DNA of 59,759 nucleotides, the filler included, from Sphacelaria rigidula (lineage: Eukaryota), in assembly GCA_964200075.2 (NCBI GenBank). It is 10 parts of 10 records of this genome, joined end to end, with 100 filler letters (N's around TTAATTAATTAA, not from the genome) between each part and the next. Parts side by side here need not be neighbours in the genome. Positions count along the whole stretch, not along the records: positions 11,975 to 17,860 come from CAXNAA020023730.1; positions 17,961 to 23,846 come from CAXNAA020023731.1; 8 more parts are not named here. One strand, given 5' to 3'. A model generated the notes under the pieces. The model did not search any database, was not told the origin of the DNA, and saw only the letters and a list, made by a program, of their open reading frames with translations. The position numbers were made by a program, and so were the translations under genes. Positions 12,483-23,274 of the stretch are shown here, in pieces. Every line of letters begins with the position of its first letter. The first letter of the stretch is position 1.

Positions 12483-13899
12483 TCAAATTCCGCAGTTTCA
12501 ATTGTCCCAGACCAAGAGTGGCGGAAAAAGCGGTGGACACTTACAGCATCAAGAGCTCGCTTCACGGGCGGTGTGCGGAGGTGGGAAAAAAACCATCACG
12601 CACGAAACCCGTCACAGCACACATCGCAAGTGATTGCTACTGAAATAAGGTCGCGTCCCGGTAGTACACGGCGAACTCGTGCAGGGTTCTCTAAATGCCG
12701 GCCCGACCCCACGCGCACGAATTTCAAATCACACTTGTATACGGTACAGTATATATGTATGATACTGCTTGCTGTCTGTGTGTACGTGGTGTACCACCCC
12801 TCGCTCTGCCACATCTAGTACAGCGGTCGGTGTTGCAGTTGAGTGTGCATTTGCCCTGGGTGGCGCACGCAAAGCGCCCTAGGTGGCGCATGCAAGAGTA
12901 GTAGGTCGCCTCTGCTGCTTTAATTCCTGCCTGTATCTTGAGGGGAGCTGTATGGTAGCACAGCCGCTATGGGGCGCAAGCCGGCCGTAACAATTCATAC
13001 CGCGCGGAGATTTCTACATCGTCTTGAAGTCATACTACGCGCAGTCCCCACTTTTGTACGAGTACTGTGCACCTCGCAGAAGGCAATAGCTTCTATACTG
13101 TGCACAGTACATGCTTTTACTTTGTATACTGACTGTAGAAAGCTTTTGTCTAGGGTGTAATACATTTCCATACATATCAGGCGGCGAGATCGTGAAATAA
13201 TCCACAGCACATGGCCGAAGTGGAAGTGAGGTGATCACCGTAATATTCGCGTGCAAAGCCTGTACGGCCGTGCTCCGAGTTCATAACGCTAGAAGAACAC
13301 CAGTGCAACGGCCATTTCGGCTGCCGGTCTGTTTGCACGGCCGTCCCGGTAGTGATGGGACTGTCTGTACCGGGGTGTCGCCCCCAGTGCCAGGTACGCC
13401 GGCAAGGGTCCGTGGCACTACCCACTGGTGGAGCGACAGGAGCTTAATCTTCGACCGTCGAGATTTTTGAAGCGGAAATGTTCAGCTCCCAACCCTCACA
13501 TATATAGCGGACCATAAACGACGCTTGTTTGCTGGGTTTCCTCGAGCGTTCGTCCATAACTGGGCGAAGATTGATAATGAGGCCGGCAGGATCCGTCGCA
13601 GCCTGCGTGCTCAACTGTCACTGTACCCACTCTATCTAGCCGTTATCAGACAGCAGGGTGCTGAAAAAATAAAATGCCACGCACCGTGGGTATCCACCGT
13701 ATCAGTGCACACCAGGCCATCAGCGACTTCCCCTACTGCAGCTGTGACTGTGACCCCTTCCTCTAATGCCAATCTACACATTCTTCAGTGTTCTTCACCA
13801 TGCTTTTGTGGATTGTTATGTCCGCATAATTGGGGCACACATTACGCAGATATGACCGTGTGAGAGGCTTCACGTCTAAGCTAAATGATGAGGGATCTC

Positions 13900-14345
13900 A
13901 GATCATTCGACTTGTGTTTGCTGCTGACTGAGTCAAGGCAATGCCCAGCTGTTTCCTACTGCTTTGCTTCCATGTTTTCGTGACATTCGCTGCATAACCG
14001 CTGTCTTCGTGTTCCCAAATCGTCGAGAACGCAAAGAAAATCGCGGTGAAAAAATACCCCGTCATGAGCGGGCTTTTGTGGTTCTTGTTTGAGGTTTTCC
14101 ACGATCTTGAGGAAGGCTTTTGTGGTTCGGGATCGACACCCCGGGAAAAAGAGCCCGCGTGGGCGACTTTCGATGGCCAGAACACACGCCACAGGTATTA
14201 GGTGACACCCAAACCTGAACGGTAATGTACCGCTGCACCTTCTTCGTGCACTGCAAAAAAAAGCGCGTGATAAGATACCTCGCCGCCTGAGGAAACTCGG
14301 CAAAAGTGGTGGAAAAAGTGAATTGATGCATGTCCATATATAATA
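13900..14345 (-). repeat. Dispersed repeat; homologous copy at ~25130-25560 (+) and partial copy at ~28550-28660
   Basis: Near-identical segments (e.g. GTTCTGGCCATCGAAAGTCGCCCAC, GGGGTGTCGATCCCGAACCACAAAAGCCTT) occur on different contigs. Confidence 0.85.
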
Positions 14346-15158
14346 CACATAAACTGATGATGCGGTACGAATCCAGCCGCGTTCGCAGGGTGGACATCAT
14401 GAAGGTAGAAATGTAAAAACACATGATGACTCATAGTTACGGTATCCTGGGCCGCGCTCGTCGTTACGTTACACGTCGCTCCCGCCCCGTATGTTCTATC
14501 GAAGTTGGAAGTTTGAAATTCGGAAATTCGAAATTCGTACTTTTGGATTCCGATATCCGCTTGTTCTATGGCTTGGTGTGGTGTGGCGGTGCATGCTGCC
14601 GTGGCGCTGAACTTGCGCTCACATCGCGTGTATATATTGATGACGTATGCAGACTGCACACTCTTCTTGAAACCATGTATCATATCATACGAGTATCACA
14701 TACATGTGCTAATCTCACTAATTGTGGTGACGTATAGAGCCTTGAAAAATTCGGCATCTTACAACAAAAAAAACAGGAAAAAAAAAAAAAACATTTTCCG
14801 TCCGCCAGCATGATGCTTGCTGACCCCGACCGCCTCCAACCCAGCCTCCGACAATACCAAGCTTGTGTTCTGTAAGGTGTACCCGGAAGTGGGGTATTTT
14901 TTGTTGGCATACTAAACCGTACCGAAATGTGTACCGAACATCCCCGACCGGTCGGACAGGATATCGCGCCTCATTCCGAACAATCAGTTATGGTTCGGAC
15001 GGGTAACGTACCGATAAAAGTCTACCATTATACTTCTGTAAATACCCGAACATCAGCCGGTACACCTTACGGAACATAACCGTGGACAACAAAAAAAAAG
15101 AATGATGAAAAATACGGCAAGAAAAAATACAGAAGACCACACACCCACACCCACACAC

Positions 15159-15311
15159 CTTCACGGCCTTGTCCATTGTGGCTGCAATGCTGGGAGACAC
15201 TCCGTAAAGCCGCATGTCTAGGGCACCCAACCTCGCCGCGAGTTTGATGGTCTGACTCGGCTTCGAGATCGGGATACGAAGGGGCGGTTGTCCGATCGGC
15301 TGCCGCTTCAC
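15159..15311 (-). CDS. Next exon of the same gene (KS domain continuation)
   Basis: gttag|GTG AAG ... GTG AAG|gtgtgt; 153 nt, phase 0/0, in frame with the upstream exon. Peptide VKRQPIGQPPLRIPISKPSQTIKLAARLGALDMRLYGVSPSIAATMDKAVK fits the KS segment (FD..FG(I/V)S...A..MD). Confidence 0.82.
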
Positions 15312-15828
15312 CTAACCCACCCGACCACCCCGAAACAACAATCCGTCCGCATAAGGCACATACATACGGCACATACAGCGAAAACACGGGTGTAGTTCGG
15401 CGTACATATACATGAGGGAATCCAGCAGATCATAGCACAAACAGCACATGCAGGACACGCAGGACATTTAGGACATAGAGCATATTCAGCACATTCAGCA
15501 CATTTGAAAAATACCACTCCCAAAGCGTAGTGACAAGCAAGAAAGGGAAGGAGAGAAATGAAACGAAACGACACAAACCCGACGAGAAAAAAAACACACA
15601 CACACATTAAGTGGAAAAAAAAAAAACGAGGGGGAAGGACACGCATTTTTCCAAAATCAAGGATGAACTAAATTTGAATAAATGTATGATTGAAGAAGTT
15701 AATGCACAAGTAGTTGCTGGTCATTCAATTCTAGTTTCTTCATAGGGTCACATGTTCGTTAACTTTCTCGATGAGCAATACATGTGGACAAGACCGTACA
15801 GTACAACACAGTGACATTTCCCGTTCAC

Positions 15829-16912
15829 CTGAACCACATTCTTCTCGACGAGGGCAGCCATACTGGACTCACTCAACCGCTCCACGCATCCTTGCCCTCC
15901 CAGTAACCTATCTAAATTATCCTCCTCGAAAACCTTGGCTTGCCCGGGCAAACCGCACGCCACGCCAGTCACCACCACCCTGGGCAGTAGGGTTCCAAGC
16001 TTCGCCGCCGCCGCCACCACCACGGTGTTCTTCGATACACCAACAGCACCATCGCTCGTCATTTTCGCGCACGCAAGCGCCTCCGCAGACCCGTTCATCG
16101 GCGACGGAGTCGCCGACAACACCTCGTCCTCTGTCCCCGCTCTCCCGCCGCAGCTACTCACGCTCACGGCGGCGGTGCTCATGCTCGCTACCGTGCCACC
16201 ACTGCCGTTACTGCGCACGGCGCCGGCGCCCCTGCCGACATAGTCTTCTCCGCCGCTACACACTGCCTCGGGCATCGCTGACAGCGACTTCTCCTTCGCG
16301 GGTGAACGCCCGGCCTGTTCCACCACTGGTGTCGTCTTCGCAGCGGACGCCGCCGCCAAGGCCTCCGTTGCTGTCGGGGGTGAAGTTGAAGAAATACGGG
16401 AGGCCGGTGAGGAGGAGGAGCAGACTTCAGGTGTCACATCGGAACATGACACAGCAGCACCCTCGGCATTGGTGGGCTTGTCGGCAGGAGCTAAAGTGCC
16501 CCCACGCGCACGAAGCGCATCCGTCGGCCGCCGGGCGTAGCTGCGAGTGTAGCCCACGCCGACACCTTCCAAGTAAAACGTTCCGGGGAAAAGTCGGTCC
16601 AACGGGTACTTGGGCACGAAACGGTAAACTTTACCAGTCCCAGCCCCGTCCCGTTGTGGCTGTCCTCGGCCAGAGGACTGGGAGCAGTGATGGTGCGCGC
16701 TGGCTCGAGCTGCGAGCGCCAAGTCGAGCTCTGCTGGGGGCAGCTTCTCCCGGTCGGCGAGCCTCGATGCCAGGTTAACAGCGTCTTTGATGCGGGCCAC
16801 GGTGAAGGCAGGCGAAGATCCGTTGGAAGTTGTGGATGCGGTGCAATTGGTGTTGGTCGGGTTGGTCGTGCTTGTGTCTCTAAACTCCAGCTCGTACATC
16901 GTAGCGATGGCC
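15829..16912 (-). CDS. Internal exon of an HMG-CoA synthase / beta-ketoacyl synthase fusion protein: HMGS C-terminus, low-complexity linker, KS N-terminus
   Basis: Acceptor ccacag|G GCC ATC and donor CAG|gtgaac; 1084 nt open. Peptide (G)AIATMYEL follows where the HMGS SYGSG motif would lie, then LASRLADREKLPPAEL...HH...PKYPLDRLFPGTFYLEGV...RSYARRP (HMGS C-terminus). After an Ala/Ser-rich linker comes RVVVTGVACGLPGQAKVFEEDNLDRLLGGQGCV (KS start). Confidence 0.88.
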
Positions 16913-17081
16913 CTGTGGCGTTGGATCATAACCAAATTCCGACAAGGGGTGAGAGGTGATGATGTGGTGATGGGGTGAGAGGGGGGGGGAGGGGGGGGGG
17001 AGACGAAGCAACTCGGATGTCTTCCGAGCTGGGCCAGCCTTGAAGCGGATTTGTAGTTTGCAGGCGAATTCACGATTTTAT

Positions 17082-17307
17082 ACTTGGAGTTGGACAGAGA
17101 AACTTTGTATGGACAATCAACAGGGCATGAAAAAAATGTGTGCGGGGTCCCAAAGTTTTTTTTTTTATTTCAGGGCAAATTACTAAAACCGTAAAACTGA
17201 TTATTACCCTTGACTCATGAAAAAAAAAAAACTTTGAGACCCCGCGCACATGTTTTTTTTATGCCCTCCTGATTGTCCATACAAAATTTCACTGTCCAAC
17301 TCTGAGT
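17082..17307. repeat. Intronic inverted repeat / MITE-like hairpin
   Basis: GAGTTGGACAGAGAAACTTTGTATGGACAATCA pairs with TGATTGTCCATACAAAATTTCACTGTCCAACTC; ~100-bp arms. Confidence 0.75.
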
Positions 17308-17772
17308 GAAAAAATTGCGAAATCGCCTTTTCAAAACCGGGCCGGTGGAAGTTCGGAACAGTATTTTGCAGGCCTTTTACCGGCCCACGTTTGGTGTTTG
17401 TGTTATGAAACTTTGTGCGGGACCTCGCTAGGTCATGATGAACCAAAAAAAATGGATCAGGTTGGTTTTGGTATTTTTTTCGCTGGTTCAGGGCGTTTTG
17501 TTAGTATGACAACGCCCATTTTTTACGAGAACGTCCGAACTTCTCCCCCCCCCCGCCAAAAATGAAGGCCGATTTTTTTTAATTCAGTATACCTCTATCG
17601 TTCTCCATACTGAGTTTCAAATCTCCATTTTAAAAAATTGAGCTGAAAAATAAGGCCCAAGAGCAATGTTCATTTCTCCTCGAACCTCCCCTAGAAACAC
17701 GAAAAAAGTGAATAAAAATAAAACGGAAAAAACCCGGAAAAGCTGTTATCTTTATTTCATTATGCACTAGAC

Positions 17773-17860
17773 GCCGCGCCCCGGTAGTGTAATGGTCCGT
17801 CTGTCGCCATTAGGGTGGAAAGAACGGGGGTTCGATCCCCGATGCGTTGGGTTTTTTCTT
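17773..17860 (+). mobile_element. tRNA-derived SINE head
   Basis: GCCCCGGTAGTGTAATGG (A box) ... GGGGGTTCGATCCCC (B box) followed by a T run. No convincing cloverleaf. A second copy lies at 2030-2118. Confidence 0.65.
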
Positions 17861-18099
17861 NNNNNNNNNNNNNNNNNNNNNNNNNNNNNNNNNNNNNNNN
17901 NNNNTTAATTAATTAANNNNNNNNNNNNNNNNNNNNNNNNNNNNNNNNNNNNNNNNNNNNGGCAGAAGAAATCGTGAATTTGGTAATTTTGAGTCGTGAT
18001 GATTTGTCCTTACCGTGATATCTTGTTCGGGATCATTCCCATTTGAAGCCTCCTACATATATGACGTGCGCAGCGTATGTGTGACGATGTTATGCCTTG

Positions 18100-19190
18100 C
18101 AAAATCCATTTGAGGCTTCTCTATCCCTTTGTGATGGTAATTGTCGCGTGTTGTAAAAAAAATAGGCTTTCTTCGGAGGACATCAATGGCTCCCCATATT
18201 GCATTCTTTTCCCCTCGGATTGTTGCCACTCTGCACAACTTTCGTTGTGAAAAGTTGGATGTCGTAAGGCCTGTAGCCTTTAATCGTTCAAGTCCACACC
18301 TGTCGTTTCCTCGGGTTCGATCTCGCTCGCGGGTCGTACTCGGCGTCGGCGTCTTCGGCTCCCCCCTCCGGGCGGTTGTTCGGACGTCTTACCGCCGTCG
18401 TCGCCATCCCTTTCTCGTTTACATCGGTGTACATATTCCACCGGACCTCTCCGGGCGCCGGTCTTCCTCTCGAGTTTGCGTCCGAAGCAGCCGAAGCCTC
18501 TCCCGATGTCCCGCCCTTGTGTCGTGGGCACCCGAGGAACACATTTTGTATCCGAGTGCATTCGACGCAGCTACCGCCTACGCACGTCGACTTGTGTACT
18601 TCGATTCACATTCCATCACGCAAGGTGTACAGATACTCCTTACTGCACATGTGCTTCTCGCTGAAGTTGGCCATGCCGTGGATGGATTCACGTGAGGTAT
18701 GTGGGAGGTAATCCACACACCCGTCGTCCTTGCAGAGGTTGCATTCGCACGTGCAAGCGGAATCGGGGGTGGGTTCTTGATGAAGCGTTGGCCACAGGTC
18801 GTACAAAGCGATGGTGATGAGCTTCACCTTGTAGCAGGTGGCGCACAGGCATGATCGATCGGACTGCTCGATAAGGTAGAAGGGGATCAAGTCGTCGAAG
18901 GCTCTTCGGCTGATTTTCTCCACCTCCACTGCACATGTTTGAAACTGAGCGAGGATGCACAAATGCAGAAGAAAAAGTGTCCGTGTTTGGTGACAAACCG
19001 GAAGCAGAATAATCTTCTCTCCTTCCAACTTCACGCTTCCTCCCTATTGTTCTCGAAGGGGATGAGCAAGCATGTATTCTTATGCCGATACTCTTACACC
19101 AATACTGCACAGGACATTAGCTGCACACCTGGGCTCGCTGGGGACCTCCTACGTGTATGACGGGCAGGAGATCGACGATTAGGACAACAT
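18100..19190 (-). pseudogene. Degenerate Cys-rich, transposase-like coding sequence
   Basis: ISRRAFDDLIPFYL...RSCLCATC...CTCECNLC...C...(stop)...CVGGSCVEC. This F..L.P....SCLC..C pattern recalls the Cys-rich N-terminal part of poorly classified eukaryotic transposases. In-frame stops are present. Confidence 0.5.
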
Positions 19191-19199
19191 TCACATATG

Positions 19200-21560
19200 A
19201 AAACATTCCACGGTTAGGACAAATCAACTCTTGAGTCAACTCAAAGTCATCATCTTAATGAATAAATCATTCGGTTCGTACATCAGTTGTAATTCACACA
19301 GTCGACCCTTCTTCATGACTCAAGGCGTGAATGGCTTGTACATGTTTATGTTTCCCACCCTAGAATCAATGCGGGACCTACATAAGTCATACAGGTTAAT
19401 TAATCTGCAGTCATGGGGCCTGAACCACACACACTTTTCTCAAACCTGTAATACGCGCAAGATGCCTGCACTGCACAATATGTTATATGTTATCCACCCT
19501 CGAGTGAATGTGGGACCAACACTCGGCAAGGAGTTGAATTCTGCCATTTCATGTTCATGGGACCTGTACCACGCGTAATTTTTTCCCATGGGTAATGCGC
19601 TGCATATGTGTTATCCACCCTCGACTCAGCGGACCAATGGTTTATAAAGCATGACTGCTTGCGCATCATGGCGAGTCAACACAACACCGCACCCGGCAGG
19701 TACAAGGAGGCGCGGCAGTTCGCCGCGGCTGTTTAGTACCGTGCACGAGCGTTACCTCTGCGTAATGGTGAAAAGATGCGTTCTTCCGATCAAGAACCAT
19801 CGACGGCGTGGTCGTATGCTGTTGTGTTGGGACCTCACAGGAAGGACATACACAATATTGTACTGGAACCACCTGTACGAATTGCTCCGCCGTGCCGGTA
19901 CACGAAGTACTATCCACTTTTCTGTGCTTCAGACTAACCGACAGCGAAGGGGATGTGGTCGGTACCATAGTACGGGGGAAAAACATGGAGGATATTGTAG
20001 ATTGCACATCGTGAACAAAGTTGCGCAGTGGTGTACGGTGGTTCACCGCGGTTGGTACTATCTGTGTAAAAGCAGATCTTGACAGAACCCACTCGGGGTT
20101 TCCTTGTCCGGGCTCAACAAAGCATAGCACAGCAACACGGATACACTACGCTGGGCTAGGCTAGGCTAGGCTACACTAGACTAGACTACAATACACACTA
20201 CAGCACATCACGGCACAGTTCCACACAAACCAGCACGGCAGCGTACTGTGTGCTCCCACAATACAACACTGTACGCTGCACTACACTACACTCACGGGCT
20301 CACTACACTTACCACAACAGAACGAGCCCAACGCAGAGCAGCGCAGTATAACACAGAACATTACTGTGATACCCTACCGTGCCGTGAACGGTACCGACTG
20401 CGCACACGACGGTTTCAGAATTGTCAATGAATAGATCATACTAGTCGTACATCATTTGTAATTCATACAGCTTCTTAGCTTGTGTGTGGCTCAGTAGAAC
20501 CCGAAGGTACTCGCTTTATACCTTCCATGATTTCCGGGGTAAATAATGGGCACATAGTCAACCCTGCACTGAAAAATTGGATGCATCGATTGTACATGTC
20601 ACGCACTTCTTATTATCATGAGTCGGGAACGTCATTCACAACTTGCCTGACCAAAATGTTGGAGGTGAGTACGGGTACATTTTCCCCATACCTTCGGGCT
20701 AATGTGGGACCAACAAGTTGTACAGGTTGACTCTTCACTTCCGATGGGCCCTGAACCACGCGTAATTTTCTCACAGCTGTAATGCGCGCAAGATGACTGT
20801 GGTGCATATGNNNNNNNNNNGTTATCCACCCTCGACTCAGCGGGACCAGCGGTTCATATAGCATGACTGCTTGCGCGTTCATACAGCTCTAGTGAATGTT
20901 TCACGGTTAGGACAAATACGTTTTGAGGTGTGACATCCTTTAGCTTTACCATAGTTCGGCCATGCGAACATGTGTTTCAGCAAGCCATACCTTGTCGGCG
21001 CCTAATCTCTTATTCGAATTTTGAATGCCCTTGCCTCGGCGGCTACTGGCGATGGCGAGCCTCATACACGAAGGAGACTCCCTTCGAGGTCTTTGTATTT
21101 TGATTTCCATTGCGTGCCTTGCAGAAGGCGAAATATGTCGGCTTATTTCTCCGTAGAGCAAGGTGATTAATCTATAGGTTCGGTTGTGCATGTGTGTACC
21201 TTAGCAACAACGCACATCCTACTCGGGGGTGGTCTCTGAGTTGATCAGAGATTGCCGAGTTTGGGTTTCCTTCGTGTATGAGGCTCTCTTGAGACCCGTC
21301 TTACAACATTAATATTATGCTTGCTTCGTCGGCGACTGGCGATGGCGAGCCCCATGTAAGAAGGAGACTCCCTTCAACGTCCGTGTATTTTTATAGGACA
21401 AGATGATTCGTTGATAGATTAGGTTATTATGTTGTTGGCATGTACCGTGGCACCACACTGCATATCTTATTCGGGGGCGGCTTCCGACTTGATCAAAGAT
21501 TGCCGAGTTTGGGTCTTCTTCGTGTATGAGGCTCTGATGGGGCCCGTCGAAGAATAATAA
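19200..21560. repeat. Diverged local duplications
   Basis: GTTATCCACCCTCGA, CCACGCGTAATTTT, GAATGTGGGACCAACA and CACGGTTAGGACAAAT recur in 19200-19670 and 20430-20930. Segment ~21040-21310 is duplicated at ~21335-21560. Confidence 0.75.
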
Positions 21561-21724
21561 TGTTATGCCACATGTTGCTGCACTGCTATACCTGGAATAC
21601 CATGGTGGGCAATTGCGTCTCATTTCATGTTGCGATTCATTCATGTGTTGCTCTTCGTTACAATTTACTGGGGTTACAATTCCATCCCTGGCATTTCGAA
21701 ACCGTGCTCTACGGAGGGTGGTTT

Positions 21725-23274
21725 CCACAGGCACCGTTGGTAAGGTAGGTACCCGGTAATGGTATTTGGGACATCTCATACCCTACCGATACCGTTCCGA
21801 TCCGGTATTCTCAAATGTCATACCTACGATACCTTCGATACCACGGTATTTCGAGATTTCAATACCTACTGTACCCGCCCAATCCGGTATTGTCGAAACT
21901 CGTACCTACGATACCACGTTATTTCGAGATTTCAATACCTACCGTACCTGCCCAATCCGGTATTTTGAAACGTCATACCTACGATACCTACGCATACCAC
22001 GGTATGGGACACCCCGGTAAATACCGGAGGTCCGCTCGGTACGGTACCTTATTAGACCCATTATTATGGTAGCACGAATCTCGATTTTTTCAAAATCGGG
22101 CAACGCATTTTATGGACACGGATTCGGACCAAGTCGGGGGGGCCGAAAAAAATAGGGGGGTCACGATCTCGAAACAGTTTCCCCCCATTTTTTAAAACAT
22201 CGGGGGAAATCGTTTCGAGATGGTGACTCCTCCCGATTTTTTTTGAGGTGACGTACGCGCATTGACGTATACTGCCAGAGTATGAAGCGTTTGATATTTT
22301 TGCAATGGTGGCAGAAGACAGTCTCGTGACAGCACAGAGCATGCCTACTGCCCGCCGCAGCTGCTGGAGCAACTCCGTACGGGGTTTGACAAGCGGATAA
22401 TAAGTGCTGACGCCGTGCCCTGCGGCGATGGTAATATTTCATGCTGCGCTGCGCTGCCGTATGTACCACTATGACGAACGCTACTGCACTCTCCCAGCTG
22501 TTGTTGCTGTACTTGAGGGGTGATGTACGGCACTGCACTACTGAACTCTGCTCGCGCACTGTTAGTTCTCTGTTCTCGCAATATCGGCTGTGTCATCATG
22601 TGCTACCACACGGCATTATCATGTGCTGTACTGATGGAGTATCCTTCAGTGTATTACCCTAGGGTATCAAAGTACGACAGTGTACTCGAAGGATTTTTCA
22701 CCGCCTACCCGCTCTTCGGCTTCATGAACGAGTACGCAGTACCACACTCATGCAAAAAATGACCGTCTGTGTACAGACCGTTTCACAAATCTGTGATACT
22801 GTACTGTTGTCTGTGCCATAAAACGGTCCCCCCGATTTTGAGTTCACGAATTCGAATCCTTCGGATTTTTTCGAAATCGGGGTCCCGAAAAATCGAGATT
22901 CGCTTGCCATAAAAGTGAGTCTTACCTGCGGTGCCTGTGAAAACTTCGACTGCCCAACTTGCACCCAGATCCAAAACGCTTCGCATTCCCAGATGATAGT
23001 TTCGAATTCGGTATAGAGGGTAAGTCAGGTACGTGGTACCGGTATTTGGGACATATCATGCCCTACCGATACCGACCTAATCCGGTATTTTCGAAACTTA
23101 TACCCACGATACCTGCGATACCACGGTATTTCGAGATTTCAATACCTACCGTACCCGCCCAATCCGGTATTTTCAAATGTCATACCTGCGATGCCTACGC
23201 ATACCACAGTATGGGATACCCCGGTAAATACCGGGAGTACGCTCGGTACGGTACCCTACCTACGGTGCCTGTGG
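21725..23274. mobile_element. Non-autonomous DNA element with CCACAGGCACCG TIRs and two blocks of GATACC/GGTAT subrepeats
   Basis: CCACAGGCACCG at 21725 and CGGTGCCTGTGG ending at 23274. Blocks ~21745-22050 and ~23020-23257 are direct homologues. The same terminus occurs at 11975-12032 and internally at ~22921-22940. Confidence 0.7.

Noticed and set aside
14810..14875. Possible next KS exon (SEAGLEAV)
   Set aside because: The match is very short, lacks convincing continuation, and sits beside a dispersed repeat also present at ~29670-29730.
15771..16778. 335-aa plus-strand ORF
   Set aside because: Antisense shadow of the GC-rich exon, with an Arg/Pro/Ser-rich nonsense composition.
15748..17073. 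441-aa ORF as a complete single-exon protein
   Set aside because: Both ends are intronic read-through. Splice sites and motif boundaries delimit the exon at 15829-16912.
17773..17860. Possible tRNA gene
   Set aside because: A and B boxes are present but acceptor and anticodon stems do not pair convincingly, and a diverged copy exists elsewhere. A SINE head fits better.
21745..22050. Repeated TTTCGAGATTTCAATACCTAC units resembling a CRISPR array
   Set aside because: The intervening sequences are themselves repeats, not unique spacers. The context is eukaryotic, no cas genes are present, and the units lie inside a TIR element.
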